Source: Squalus acanthias
Lineage: Eukaryota
Assembly (NCBI GenBank): GCA_030390025.1
Contig: CM059433.1
Location: 7,504,001 to 7,568,000, forward strand
Length of the DNA stretch: 64,000 nt
Direction: 5' to 3'
Shown here: one piece after another, positions 25,751 through 40,000 of the stretch
How the letters are laid out: the number at the start of each line of letters is the position of its first letter
How positions within the stretch are numbered: the first letter of the stretch is position 1
Made by a program: the position numbers and the translations under genes
Notes under the pieces: model-generated
What the model saw: the letters and a program-made list of their open reading frames with translations, nothing else
The model's database searches: none
What the model was told of the DNA's origin: nothing

Positions 25751-26049
25751 CCAACCTTTTTCGCAAACAAGAGTTCTGAGCAAGGATTTGTTCCAGAACC
25801 ACTCTTATACAACCTCAATACACCAATTCCATGTACTTAACATTTTTACATATTTGTTATGTTTTAATCTCAATCCTCTCACTCTCTGCAGCATCCCAAA
25901 ACTATTGGGCATTATCAGAATAGGGTACCACTGTTCTACATCTAACGCAGATTATGTTTGTTTTCTCAAGTTTCTCTCCCATTTCCCCTCATGCCTTCTC
26001 CAAGCTCATCTGTCCAAGCTCCAAACCCACCTCCTACTCATTTCGACCA

Positions 26050-26742
26050 TTTCCCCACTAAACTGCTGACCACCCAACTTCCTTCCTGGCTGACACTGTA
26101 AATGGTTCCCTCTGCTCAGATACCATCCTGCTCCCTTTCAAAAATGCAGTCATAACCTCCCACCTCTCTGTCCTTGAAAACTACCACCCCATCTCCAATC
26201 TCCCTTTCCTCTCCACAGTCCATGAACATATTGACGCCTCCCAAATCCATGCCTATCTTTCCCGCAACATCACATTTGAAATTCTTCAATCAGGTTCCCT
26301 GCCATAGCACTGAAACAGCCCCAATCAAAGTCACAGATGACATCCTCTGTGACTGTGACCATGGTGCATTATTCCTCCTCATCCTTCTCGATCGGTCTGC
26401 AGCCTTTGACACAGTCGACCACACCATCCTCCTTCAACATTTTTTCGTTGTCCAACTAAGTGGGATTTCCCTTGTCTGGTTCCACTCACATATCAAGTCG
26501 TAGCCAGAGAATCTCCTGCAATAGCTTCTCTTCCCTCCCCCGCAATGTTATCTCTGGAGTCCCCCAAGGATCCATGCGTGGCCACCTCCTATTTCTCCCT
26601 GGCGATGTAATCCAAAGACATGACATCAGGTTCAACAATGATGCTGATGACACCCAGCTCTACCTCACCACCACCTCTCTCGACCCTTCATTGCTTCTGT
26701 GTAGTCAGCCTGCTTGTCAGACTTCCAGTCCTGGATGAGCCG
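26050..26742 (+). mobile_element. L2-type LINE RT fragment
   Basis: HSTETAPIKVTDDIL..LLILLDRSAAFDTVDHTILL, SGVPQGS, DADDTQLY. Confidence 0.9.
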
Positions 26743-26867
26743 CAATTTTGTAATAATGGGTTTCCTGCCAGTATACCTAGTTTTGGGCACTGTATCCAAA
26801 TGTTGTAACGGTGGGTCGTGTTCCCAAAACTAGGTATACTGACAGGAAACCCACTATTACAAAATTG
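26743..26867. repeat. Inverted repeat with 45-bp arms and a 35-nt spacer
   Basis: 26743-26787 versus 26823-26867, 43/45 complementary. Confidence 0.95.
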
Positions 26868-29074
26868 AAAATGAAACCACCAAAAAGTGGGCAGTATTTA
26901 TTTAAAATTCACTACAGGGGGAATTTTGCAAGGTTCTGCTCCCAGCACAAAACCTACACAAGAGAATAGACATGGGATAGGACTGTTAACACTACAGGCC
27001 TATTCTACAACCCATGCTCTCATCTAGCGAGGGTCCAAGCTGTGAGCAGTGCCTTGCAAAAATGACCTCTTAAATTTATAGTGGCAAACAGGACCGAAGT
27101 ATTTTTTCCCCCCTGTTGATTCTGCTCCAATTTACTACCAAGTTATTTGAGAACTGGCCAATCTAATCTTAAACCTATAAAATTCTTCTTCACAAACACT
27201 GACCTTTCTGCTTCAGCAGTTTCCCCTTCAGCCACAATTGCAGAACAGGAATGCAGTCTGACTGCACTGATCTTCCAAACCTCTGCTTCACCACCCCTTT
27301 ATTGGGATCACAAGATTTTTTGAAGAAATTAATTATTGGCTTGAAATATATTCCATGTACTAAGTAGCACAGGGATGTGTCAATTTGTCAACAAAAAAAA
27401 AGTAATTTAGTTGTAACTATTGATTTATTCCACAAATACCAATTACAAAAGGACCTTTGATTTTGTAAATGTTATTCTCTTCAACACCTTCAAACATTTA
27501 CATACCTTAGAGAGTTCAAGATGGGGCAACACGAGGGATGGGGAAAAAGATGGGGAGTTTAAACTCAGCAAAACAATGCACCTACTGTCCAATGTATGTC
27601 CAGAGATGCCAATGTGCATAATTTTTTCCCTGGAGTTACAAGTCGAAGTGTCATCATAGACTTTGATCATACTACTGAAATAGCAGCTGTAGAAGTCAGG
27701 CAAATGAAAATACCCAAATACCAAACTCTTGTCTTGGCCTATTAGTGATCACTGGTCATTTGTATTTGTAAAATGTTCTTATTCAGTTATAGGGTTGATT
27801 GATGTCGCCACTTATGTCTGTCTGTGTGGAAAGAATGGTTGGGGCATGTTATTTTTGAGACCATTGCTTTTGGTTGTAGTGGGATTTGGGACAGAATGGC
27901 AAGTGAATTTCTCTTGGGGAGAAAAAATATCAACTCCCACCAACACCAGCCCCCCTCCACCCACCTCACACACCCAAGAGGGAAAATTCTGGGTGATTGC
28001 TAATAACATTGGAGGGGGAATGAGACAAATTCCTCCATACCTAATGTTGTGGAAATAAATATTTTTAAACAGGACTGAATGATGGAGTCAATGAATTATA
28101 GCCAGCAGGAGAAAAGGAGAAGCCAGTGTACTGACATACAAAACAGCAAGAAATACTTCAAAAAGAGCCTCATCAATACTTCTGTTTATCATCCATATGA
28201 ATGTTAACATTAAATGTGTTTTCCAACCAAATCCTGTTTTCATAAGAGGTATGTATTATGAGGGCTAAAACAAGTCTTGTAAAGTTGTACAGTAATATTC
28301 AAAGATTTCAAACAGAAAATGTCTTATTCATGTAGTTTTAAAATAGAATTAAAATATTCAACTTGGCAAGAAAGCACATTTTCTCAATCTCTTTTTTGGG
28401 AATTGTACCAAACAACAATAGACTGGACTACAGAAAGGAAGAACATTGGCACAGTACTAAAATATAATTATAAAATACAACCTTCTGTATTTTGTAGAAA
28501 TTATAGCCACATAAAATTCAGACTACATAACGTAGATTATGTATCCATCCAAACAATCACATTCCTGTCATCATGTACGTATTGTTCTCACATAGCACTG
28601 CCTCAGAGTTACATTACACGGACATGCCAGACTTTTGACGAGCAGGAACAAGGGATTAAAGTATCTTGCATATACAAGCTTACTCACTTCACAGCAGGTT
28701 TGTGCCAGGTATGGATTGTTTCTCAATCACTTCAATAGCATTTAAGGGGGAAATTTTCACTGGTCTGCACCAGCAGCACAAGTCTTTATCTGGCCCGGGA
28801 AAAGGGGGGGGGGGGGGGAGGAGAGGGAGGGGAGGAGGAAGAGAGAAGACAGAAAAAGACTTATTGCCCCAAAAGTAGGCTGAGTCAGGCTACATTGGTA
28901 TCAGCAGATTTCTGGCACGCAAAGGCCTCATTAAGGGTATGGAAATAATACATATGGGAACCAGACCTCCCTCCCCAACATTTTCCATGATTTGCTCTAG
29001 AAACATGCTATTATAAAACAGGCATACTTCCAAGCTGACTTCTTGGCTTTCAGCAGAGTTTTTTTTTAAAGACA

Positions 29075-29190
29075 ATAGCAAAATACTGCAGATGTTGGAA
29101 ATCTGAAATAACAACAGAAAATGCTGGAAACACTCAGCAGGCCAGGCAGCATCCGTGGAGAGAGAAACAGAGTTAACGTTTCAGGTCTGG
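29075..29190 (-). mobile_element. Penelope-like terminal fragment, hammerhead truncated
   Basis: Same dispersed repeat as 1150-1300, ending at gtttcaggtc. Confidence 0.65.
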
Positions 29191-29629
29191 GACATATATA
29201 GCTGGTTTCCGATAAAGAGTGAGAGCTATTATTTTTCCCTTTGTATTATGTATTTGCAGCATTGTTTGGTGTAGTCAGTTCTTTGCGTTTAAAAGTATAA
29301 TTTTGCATTTCACTTTTTCCTCCTCCTACCATTCAAGGGAGTTTCACAGTCTGTTAAAAGAGGCTCTGCTGGTAAGGATGAGCATGTCACTACAAATTTT
29401 TTATTTTCAGGGAGCAATAGGGTACAAAAGACTTCCAAAGCAACGAGCAAAGAAAAGTCTACCTGCACCTGAAGCGGGCTGCACAGACCCACCATTACCC
29501 AAGTAAGCTAATCCATACATGGCATGCGTCACCTACACTCCACTAGATTTACCTATTTCCAGGTTAGGATTGTGCCTTTGACGTGCCAGCTTGTTGTATA
29601 AGCAAAAACATAGTCTTGAGATGCTGGTA

Positions 29630-30165
29630 GTTGAAGGAGCACATGCACAGTGGCAGGCAAAATTTAATACAGAGAAATGGCAAGTTATGTATTTGAGGGA
29701 AGAATGAGGAGAGGCAATATAAACTAAAAGGTACAATTTTAAAGGAGGTGCAGGAAGAGAGACCTGTGAGCTCACATACGCAAATCTTGGAAGGTGGCAG
29801 GAGAAGTTGATAAGATTGTTTTAAAAAAACAGATCCATGGCTTTTTAAATAGAAGCATAGAGTACAAAAGCAAGGCGGTTATGCTTAACCTTTATAAACC
29901 ACTGGTTAGGCCTTAGCTGGAATATGGTGTCCAATTCTAGGCACCACACTTTAGGAAGGATATCAAGGCTTTGGAGAGGGTACAGAAATTTACGAGAATG
30001 ATACCAGGGATGCGAGACTTCAGTTATGTGAAGAGACTAGAGAAGCTGGGATTGTTCTCCTTACAGCAGAGAAAGTTAAGGGGAGATTTAATAGATGTGT
30101 TCAAAGTCATGAAGAGTTTTGATAAGAGTAAATAAGAAGAAACTGCTTCCACTGGCAGGAGGGTC
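29630..30165 (+). mobile_element. Degraded CR1 ORF2 3' fragment
   Basis: WQAKFNTEK.., IEYKSK.., LVRP.LEY remnants. Confidence 0.85.
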
Positions 30166-31099
30166 AAAACAGCATTGAAATCGGTCATCATCTGCTGACA
30201 GAATGTTACACTACTGTCTACTGGGAAGGATGTCCCGAGGTGTCAAACATAGTAACCCAACTTTCGCAGCTGTACAGCTATGTTACCAGCCACCTAGTGC
30301 TCTACCGTTTAGTCACAAAATCCATTTTTTGGTTTATTTCCATTTCAACCCCGTTTGCCAAAAATGCAACTCACTAAATATTATACTGCACTGTTTTACA
30401 GACTGCTTTTCTATAAGTTAAATGATTTCAGAGCAAACTGCTGCATACTTTTGGTCAATATGAACACTGAAGTGGAACTGTAAATGTCAATAAAAAGTAT
30501 TGTTAGAATATTCTATTTGATCTGAAGAGGAACTCTTATTAATATACACTATACTTTAAGACAAGTATTGCTATTACAGTTTCTGGTTGATATGTATTTT
30601 CCTGGCCTTCCCATACCGCTTTAGATCTTCTTACACATCTGTAATTCACTCCCAACCATCTTATTTCTTACATGCATAACAAAACCTGCAGAGTTCCCAA
30701 AGCCAGTTTATTATTAAGAACAGGTAGTGTAAAGCTTCCAATTGATGAACAGCTGGATTGAAATTGCCATTCTATACTATACACTTTAAAGCACTTGTTA
30801 CTTTTCCTCAGCAAAAATATTCCAACTAATTTAATTTTCCTAAATAGCAAAGATTTATTTTTCAATGCATTTCTTACAGCAAACATACACTTGAAACCAA
30901 AGCATTTGCGCATTTCAAAGCACACTGTTCACTTCACTAATTCTTATCGCTTTGCCTACATTTGACAATAAAGCTCATGGTGCAAACAGCTTTATTTTAT
31001 ATAGTGAAAGAGTGACAGTATAATCAACATAGATAGAGGGCCAAGACCTAATGGAACAACAGCGTCCAAGTATTTTCTCTTCTTGAATCACATAGGTTT

Positions 31100-31525
31100 T
31101 CAGCTATGCCTCAGTGATAGCATTCTTGCATCGGAGTCAGAGGTCATGGATTCAAGCACCACTCCAGAGACGGGCACATAATCTAGGGTAACATTTCAGC
31201 GCAGTACTGAGGGAATGCTGCACTGTTGGAGTTGGCATCTTTCAGATAAGACGTTAAACCAAGGCCCCATCTGCACTCAGGTGGACATAAAAGATCCCAT
31301 GGCACTATTCAAAGAATAACATGCGAGTTCTTCCAGTGTCCTGGCCAACTAACATCAATAAAACAGATGATCTGGCCATTTAGCTTGTGGCTGTTTGCAG
31401 GACCGTGCTGTGTGCGAATTGGTTGACACATTCTCCCACATTACAACAGTGACTACACTTCAAGAAAGTACTTCAGGAGGTCCGAAGGTTGCAAAAGGAG
31501 CTATATAAATGAAAGTTCTTTCTTT
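31100..31525 (+). mobile_element. Deu-domain tRNA SINE, older copy
   Basis: tRNA-like head (gagtcagaggtcatggattcaag), Deu core (gacgttaaaccaaggcccc..aaaagatcccatggcactatt) and tail. Confidence 0.85.
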
Positions 31526-31987
31526 GGTCTGTACCATCGAGTCCTGTTTAAATCCATATTCCCACAAATCTCAAGTTGTTGACACAAACAGATCTTAGGG
31601 TTCTGATTTAGGATTGAGCCATCAATGAAACAACAGTGCTAAAAACAGCATTATCCATGCCTCAAAACCTACAAATTTAAAAAGGACAAACGAATGAGTA
31701 AGAAATAAAAGTGCAAATAGGACTGAGTTCCCTGGGCTTCAAGAACCAGATAGCCAAGACTCAGGAGTTGCATTTGGCCCACAGGAGGCGGTTTGTACAC
31801 CAATCTAGAACACCAAGATTGAAGTAATAAAGAAAAACAGGAAACTGATCACGTGATATCAAGTTTGACTGTTTACCAATATTAAACCCATTGTAGGACT
31901 AAAAGTACTCATGAAATTGAAGAATGTTGCAGCACAGAAACAGGTCATTTGCCCATCAAGTCTAGTGTTTTCTCCATTTAAGACGCA

Positions 31988-32685
31988 GGGGGGAAAAATT
32001 CGGTTGCTTTGTGCCTCCCTGTGTTAGCGCCCTAAGAGGGCGCTAAGCAACTAGCGCCCAGGCGTAGCACCAACGTCTCCTGCGAAATTCAGCAGGAGGT
32101 TAGCGGCGGCGGTAACTTAGCGCCTGGTGGCGCTGCGCCGCCAGCAATTATGTCATCGCCGTGCGCAGCGGCCCGCTTGCGATCTTTGGTAGCGTCCCGA
32201 GTTACCGCCGGACACCATGTCCGACGGGGTCAGGGGGACCTACCTGCAGCCGGGGCGGCGCTAATTAAAGGCGAGGTGCCGGGCAGCCATTTTTGTTGCT
32301 GGCCGCCTGCCAGCACCTGCCCCCGTAGCTGTCCCCGGCCTCCTCTTCAGCCTCCCCGCGGAGTGCCGGCTGCGCTCTGTGAGCCCGGCACTTCTCGAGT
32401 GCCGGGTTCTTTTACCGGCACTCCGATCCCTGGTGGTTCAGCTGGGCCTCGGGTCGCGCTGCGCAAGGCCCCTCCCCCTTTAAGAAGGGGAGGAAGGCCT
32501 GCAGTACTGCGGCACCGCGATATTCCCTCGCAGCTCCCCAAGGGGGAGGCTGGGCGCTTCCAGTAGCGCCCCGCTTCCCTCTTGGGGCGCTACCGATGAA
32601 TTTCGGCCGCGGGGGTGCTAATTTTTTCGGTAGCACCCCAGCGAAGTTAGCCCCCAAAGGGGGCGCGACAAAATTATTCCCCCCC
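31988..32685. mobile_element. GC-rich Harbinger-like MITE, about 700 bp
   Basis: Ends GGGGGGAAAAATT / AATTATTCCCCCC, with repeated TAGCGCC/GGCGCTA subterminal motifs. It interrupts an old CR1 tail. Confidence 0.65.
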
Positions 32686-34124
32686 ATTCTAATCCCATTG
32701 CCCTAGCTCCCCATATTCTAATATTATCTTTCAATTAACTAATTCCTTTTTCAAAGAATTCATGGATTCAATAAAGAGAATACGCCCTCAAATCTGCAAA
32801 ACTCTACATTTTCTCTCGTTAGTTCTCTTATCTTTGCTGCCTTCCAACCTGCACAACAATAACCAATAACATTTTCAGGACAAAAATTCTATTCAAGAAT
32901 CAGTGAAGAAACAGTTTGGAAAGACACACACACTAAAAAGATTAACTATACTGCTGTGCGGTTCTAAGTTAGAAGTTACCATTAAGGGAGCCAGAAATAG
33001 GAACAAAAACTATTAGAAACACACAGCTGATCTGGCGGCATCTAAAAAGAGAAAGGATCAATTAATGTTTCAAATGTAGACTCGTCAGACCTCAAAACGG
33101 CAAGAGATAACCAAGCCCCTGTGAGATTAATACCTTGAGGGAGGGGATGATTACAGGTGAAAGTTAAGAGCCAGGTATATAAAAAAGCAGTTAATGATTA
33201 ATAGTCTGAACAGTTTACTTAGATAGCTGGAAAGAGGTAGAAAACTGATGAATAGTATACCGACATCATCTCAGTCAGGCAGTGAAAAGATATTAGAACA
33301 AAACAGATGTGAAAACAACCCCTTTTTGGCCAACTGGGTAACATATGTTGAAACCCATCACCAAAGCCACTAATTTTACAGTTTTCACAGAAAAAGGGGA
33401 CAAAAATGTAGGATTTGATCGCTAAACCACAGGAAAAGGTCCTGGAATTCCACGCAATTAAAAGAGATTGTAACTTCGTCAACATAAACCCAGTGGCCCC
33501 AACTATAAATCAGCAGAAATCACAGAATGTGATCCACAAAATGTGTGCAATTTCATAAAAAAGAATTCGACTTATTCAGTCACTGCAAATCACAAACTCT
33601 GTCCATCACCTTGTTCACTGTCTCTAAATTAAACTACTAGGAAATTCACATAGGTAGAGTTTCTGTTTGTATGATGTGTAGTGCAGTGTTTTCCAGCTGG
33701 GACATACCCCACTTATCCAAGTCCCGAGAGCTTAAACGTAGGATGGGCAACTGCCAAAGGTTAGCGATCCCCAAGTGTAGACATACATGCTATTGGGGTT
33801 TACCATGCTATTAACCAGCACAGAGCAAAGTAGCCCACTGCTTATCCAGCTAGGAACCACCCTACCTGTTTGGAGCAAAATGAGAAGAATCCATGGTCCT
33901 AGGGACAGATTTATTTCTCTTGTTCCCATTAATAAGCCAAACTGATTCGTCAATTATCAAGAGTGCACTAGAGTACTGTGGACCTGTCTAGTTAAGATAT
34001 CAGGATACAAGTCTACCAGAGGATGGAGTAATTTCCATTGTCAGGCATGTCACATTGGAACCGTCTCGACACAAAGAAACCCTGTTAACCTCCTCCTTCA
34101 CTTCACACCAAAAAGGAGAATAAT

Positions 34125-34618
34125 CACAAAAGTGAAATACTGCGGATGCTATAAATCTGAAACAACAGAAAACACTGAAAATACTTAGCAGCAGGTCAGG
34201 CAGCATCTGTAGAGAGAGAAACAGAGTTAACGTTTCAGGTCGATGACCTTTTGACAAGTAGAGGCAGGGATGGGAAGGTGGGGGGGGGGGGGTGGAGAAA
34301 GAGGGGAAGGAAGAAAGAACAAAAAGGGAAGGTCTGTGATAAGGTGCAAGGCAGGAGTGATTAAATGACAAAGGGGATGATGGTGCAAGGCAAAAGGGGA
34401 TGGTAGGACAAGTAAATAAACAAAAGATTGGTCGAGAGGAGCTGAAAATGACAAAAGCATAATCATTACCAGCCTGCCTCTGTACTTGCTTAAAACCTCA
34501 TCTACTTACATCTCTAACTTTTTCCGGTTCTGATGAAAGGTCATCAACCTGAAACGTTAACTCAGTTTCTCTCTTCACAGATGCTGCCTGACCTGCTGAG
34601 TATTTCCAGCATTTTCTG
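34125..34618. mobile_element. Penelope-like fragments arranged as an inverted pair, with an intact hammerhead motif at 34526-34562 (+)
   Basis: 34180-34250 and 34536-34617 are reverse complements. The plus strand reads GGTT CTGATGA A AGGT CATCA ACCT GAAACGTT AACT. Confidence 0.7.
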
Positions 34619-34898
34619 AGAATAAATCACTAGTTGATCATTAAACAACTGATGAACACAAGTTTGAGGCTCAACTAGACAGACACAGCAGCCTGATGAG
34701 TGGCACAACTCACCACAAAATGTGTGCACTGCCACCATTGTCCTGACTGCAGCATGAATACACATCCCACCCAAAACAGGAGATCAGATCTTCAGCAACA
34801 ATTTCTTGCCACACTTATACCCAATGAGCGCATGGTCTCATACCTTCTAACAACTTTGTGGGGTGGTGATGGTTGTTGTTGTGAAATTTCTTCTAAAA

Positions 34899-35560
34899 CA
34901 GTCGAACTTCACCATAACGAACCCCCTTGGGACTGAAAAGATAGTTATATCAGGGTGTTCACTATAGTAGGGTTTGGTGATTTGCTGCATCAGAAAAATA
35001 AAGAAATTACCAATTCGATTTGAACATTTTATTGTTAAAAAACTATACAGTAAACACTGCTTCATATTATTTGTGCTTTTCTTATTCACGCTGTTTCTAT
35101 CTTGTTAACCAGTCCAAAAAGATCCTCAGTTCCAGGTAATGATTGAAGTTTTGCACAGTTGTGATTGCCTTTCTGAATTCATCCAGTGAAGGATAACTGG
35201 TTTGGTTTCTTCCACGTCCTAGTCACCAGAAGTTTCCACATCCTCTCCCTACTCAATGTCACGGATTCAATAATATACTCATCGCTCACAGTTGCCAGTG
35301 TAGGGTTTTCTTGAAATTCAATTTCCTGTAATATTCTTTCTGAAATTCCCAGTATATCACATTCCTCTCTAACAGCATCTCCTTCTTTTGATCAAATTTT
35401 CTACAGACCATCCGGCAGGTTTTTCCTTTATGGCCCAAATCATTGATGATTTGAAGCTTTGTTTTCAGAGACAAAGACGATCTCTTATTCGCCCTCTTCA
35501 CGCAGGATGCCTGGCTACAGTTGCCTCATGCCGGTTTCCTCATTGCAGTTGCCTCCCCAT
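34899..35560 (-). mobile_element. Tigger/pogo-like DNA transposon remnant, internally deleted
   Basis: Minus ORF 35286-35501 (KRSSLSLKTKLQIINDLGHKGKTCRMVCRKF) resembles the CENP-B/psq HTH. An acidic C-terminal remnant follows, and a Tigger-like end cagtcgaacttc..ataacgaac lies at 34899. Confidence 0.65.
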
Positions 35561-35970
35561 GCCCTTTACCTCGTTTCGGTTTGTCTCATCAGGCAACGAG
35601 TGCATATCATGCTGATTTGCACTACAATTGGATATTTTTCAATTAGCCTCAGCTTGAATTCCAAAACTGTATCCTGGTTGGTCTGGATCGATCTAGTGAG
35701 TATACTCACATTTGGTCATTAGATAACTGACAAGCGTAGGTTTCCTTCCAAGACAGGTACCAGAAGGTCCTCACAAACAGCATAGTGAACACAACTCACC
35801 ATAAAATGTGTAAGTGTATTACCACCATCTTCAGGAGACACAACATACCCTATCAAACAGCAATTCCACAAGTTGGAGGTCCAAAGCTTCAGCCACATCT
35901 GTTTGTTGCTCTGCAACCCAATCATGTTCAGAATAAACTCTAGATATATTAGCATCTGTTCGTATACCTG

Positions 35971-36808
35971 GGGCTGGATTTTACCAGCCCTGAGGAGGCG
36001 GGACTGCTGGGAAAGTCAAAAAGAATGGGAGCGGGTCCCGAACTCGCTCCCAACCCGCCTCCAACCAATCTTCCCGGGAGTCGGGACCCTGATTTGCGCA
36101 GGGACCCGACTCCTAGCGGTGGGAAGAGGATTATAGCCACTTAACTGCCTGTTAACAGGTAGTTAAGAGGCTTTTTCCAATTTTTAGACTTCTGCTGCAG
36201 GCTTCCCGATGTCGGGGAACCCCGCCAGAGTAAGTGAGGCGTGCGGAGGGTCTGTTGTTATGTTGATGTATAGATGACAGCTGCAGAAGTGGTGTGAAGA
36301 ATGCAATGGGATACTGGTGAGTATGAGGTAAGGAGATGTTGGGAAAGTATTTTTTAATGTGTTTAGATTTTTCTGTAGGTGACAAGCTTTGAAGTGTTTG
36401 TTTGATCTCACCTCAAATGGGAGAAGTGACAGATCGCTTCTGTACCCTCACCTGCAGCTGCCATTTGTTTCATCCTAAGGAGTCACTGGAGAGCCTGCAT
36501 GCAAGGGCTCACCTGTGTACAGTGATTGTCAGTGTTTAACAGCACCTCAATACTGTCAAACACTGTCAAATCATGTCAAAAATGTATGGTTCATGTGCCT
36601 TTAAGAAAACTAGCAAATGAAGAGTCATCAAGTGACGTCATCTGACACCGGCTTTCCCTTAACTGGCCAGCAAGCCCGCAGGGTGGGCTTAACAAAGCCA
36701 ATCAGGGGAAAATAGCGTCTGTGCGTCGGACATCGCTGGGGGCGGGACTAGAACCCGAAAGGCAGCAGTCCCGCCCCCCAACGTGTCTCGGTGAGTAAAA
36801 TCCAGCCC
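35971..36808. mobile_element. PIF/Harbinger-like MITE, 838 bp
   Basis: Perfect TIRs GGGCTGGATTTTAC / GTAAAATCCAGCCC flanked by a 3-bp CTG target-site duplication. Confidence 0.9.
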
Positions 36809-37065
36809 CTGGCCTCCAGCACCCAGCATCCCAAGTGTCAGAATTTCCTCATCAGCTATATGGCACATCTGCCTTCTGCATATCAAAAGCACCTACACAA
36901 GGCAGTTTGCAGCATGCCAGACACCTATGTTTTAAACAACCAAGTCCAGTGCCACATACCACAACAGCTTAATGTAGATCCTTATGAAAGGGGCTCTGGT
37001 GAAGAGGCATGTCCTCCAAGATACTCAATGACCTCTGTAGAACTTCCCTGCATCCATCCCACCAA

Positions 37066-40000
37066 TTTTTTTTAATCGTTTATGGGATGTGGGCATTGAT
37101 GACAAGGAAAGCATTTATTGCCCATCCCTAGTTGCCTTTGAAAAGGTGGTGGCGAGCCGCCTTCTTGAACCGCTGCAGTCCGTGTGGTGAAGGTACTCCC
37201 ACAGTGCTGTTAGGGAGGGAGTACCAGGATTTTGACCCAGCAACGATGAAGGAACGACGATATACCTCCAAGTCAGGATGGTGTGAGGCTTGGAGGGGAT
37301 TTTGGAGATGGTGGTGTTCCCATGCGCCTGCTGCCCTTGTCCTTCTAGGTGGTAGAGGTCGCGGGTTTGGGAAGTGCTGCCGAAGAAGCCTTGGTGAGTT
37401 GCTGCTGTGCATCTTGTAGATGGTACACACTGCAGCCACGGTACGCCGGTGGTGGAGGGAGTGAATGTTTAAGGTAATGGATGGGGTGCCAATCAAGCAG
37501 GCTGCTTTGTCTTGGAAGGTGTCGAGCTTCTTGAGTGTTGTTGGAGCTGCGTTCAAGTGGAGAATATTCAATCACACTCTTGACTTGTGCCTTGCAGATA
37601 GTGGAAAGGCTTTGGGGAGTCAGGAGGTGAGACACTCGCCGCAGAAAACCCAGCCTCTGACCTGCTCTTGTTGCCACAGTATTTATGTGGCTGGTTCAGT
37701 TAAGTTTCTGGTCAATGGTGACTCCCAGGATATTGATGGTGAGGGATTCGGTGATGGTAATGCCGTTGAATGTCAAGGGGCGGTGGTTAGACACTTGCTT
37801 GTTGGAGATAGTCATTGCCTGGCACTTGTGTGGCGCAAATGTTACCTGCCACTTATCAGCCCAAGCCTGAATGTCGTCCAGGTCTTGCTGCATGCAGGCA
37901 TGGACTGCTTCATTAGCTGAGGAGTTGAGAATGGCACTGAACACTGTGCAGTCATCAGCGAACATCCCCACTTCTGACCTTTTGATGGAGGGAAGGTCAT
38001 TGATGAAGCAGCTGAAGATGGTTGGGCCTAGGATACTGCCCTGAGGAACTCCTGCTGCGATGTCCTGGGCTGTAATGATTGACCTCTAACCACCACAACC
38101 ATCTTCCTTTGTGCTAGGTATAACTCCAGCTGGTGGAGAGTTCCCCCCCGTCCACCCCCCGATTCCCATTTACTTCAGTTTTACTGGGGCTCCTTGATGC
38201 CACACTCAGTCAAATGCTGCCTTGATGTAAAGGGCAGCCACTCTCATCTCACCTCTGGAATTCAGCTCCTTTGCCCATGTTTGGACCAAGGCTGTAATGA
38301 GGTCTGGAGAAGAGTGGTCCTGGCGAAACCCAAACTGGGCATCAGTGAGCAGGTTATTGGTGAGTAAGTGCTACTTGATAGCACTGTCAACGACACCTTC
38401 CATCACTTTGCTGATGATTGAGAGTAGACTGATGGGGCGGTAATTGGCTGGATTGGATTTGTCCTGCTTTTTGTGGACAGGACATACCTGGGCAGTTTTC
38501 CACATTGTCGGATAGATGCCAGTGTTATAGCTGTACTGGAACAGCTTGGCTCGAGGCGTGGCTAGTTCTGAAGCACAAGTCTTCAGCACGACAGCCGGGA
38601 TGTTGTCAGGGCCCCACAGCCTTTGCTGTATCCAGTGCGCTCAGCCATTTCTTGATATCACATGGAGTGAATTGAATTGGCAGAAGACTGGCTTCTGTGA
38701 TGGTGGGGACCTCAGGAGGAGGCTGATATGGATCATCCACTTGGCACTTCTGGATGAAGATGGTTGCAAACGCTTCAGCTTTGTCTTTTGCACTCACATG
38801 CTGGGCTCCACCATCATTGAGGATGGGGATATTCACGGAGCCTCCTCCTCCTCCCATTAGTTGTTTAATGGTCCACCACCATTCACGACTGAATGCGGCA
38901 GGACTGCAGCGCTTTGATCTGATCCGTTGATTGTGGGATCGCTTAGCTCTGTCTATAGCATGCTGCTTCTGCTTTTTAGCATGCATGTAGTCCTGTGTTG
39001 CAGCTTCCCCAGGTTGGCACCGCATTTTTAGGTATGCCTGGTGCTGCTCCTGGCATGCTCTTCTACACTCCTTATTGAATCAGGGTTGGTCCCCTGGCTT
39101 GATGGTATTGGTAGAGTGAGGGATATGCCAGGCCATGAGGTTACAGATCATGGTGGAATACAATTCTGCTGCTGCTGATGGCCCACAGCGCCTCATGGAT
39201 GCCCAGTTTTGAGCTGCTAGATCTGTTCTGAATCTATCCCATTTAGCACGGTGGTAGTGCCACACAACACGATGGAGGGTGTCCTCAGTGTGAAGACAGG
39301 ACTTCAACTCCACAAGGACTGTGCGATGATCACTGCTACCAATGCTGTCATGGACAGATGCATCTGCGACAGGTAGATTGGTGAGGATGAGGTCAAGTAG
39401 GTATTCCCCTTGTGTTGGTTCTCTCACCACCTGTTGCAGGCCCAGTCTGGCAGCTATGTCCTTCAGGACTCGGCCAGCTCAGTCAGTAGTGGTGCTACCG
39501 AGCCACTCTTGGTGATGGACATTGAAGTCCCCCACCCAGACTACATTCGGTGCCCTTGCTACTCTCAGTGCTTCTTCCAAGTGGTGTTCAACATGGAGGA
39601 GTACTGATTCATCAGCTGAGAGAGGGCGGTAGGTGGTAATCAGCAGGAGGTTTCCTTGCCCATGCTTGACCTGAAGCCATGAGACTTCATGGGGTCCGGA
39701 GTCAATGTTGAGGACTCCCAGGGCTACTCCTTCCCGACTGTATACCACTGTGCCGCCACCCCTGGTGAGTCTGTCCTGCCGGTGGGACAGGACATACCCA
39801 GGGATGGTGATGGAAGAGTTTGGGACATTGGCTGAAAGGTATGATTCTGTGAGTATGACTATGTCAGGCTGTTGCTTGACCAGTCTGTGGGACAGCTCTC
39901 CCAATTTTGGCACAAGTCCCCAGATGTTGGTGAGGAGGACTTTGCAGGGTCGACTGGGCTGGGTGTGCCTTTGTCGTGGCCGTAGTCGATGCCGGGTGGT

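Noticed and set aside
26917..27069. Small MITE with ttttgcaagg / ccttgcaaaa ends
   Set aside because: The inverted match is short and imperfect and there is no TSD, so it is too weak to call.
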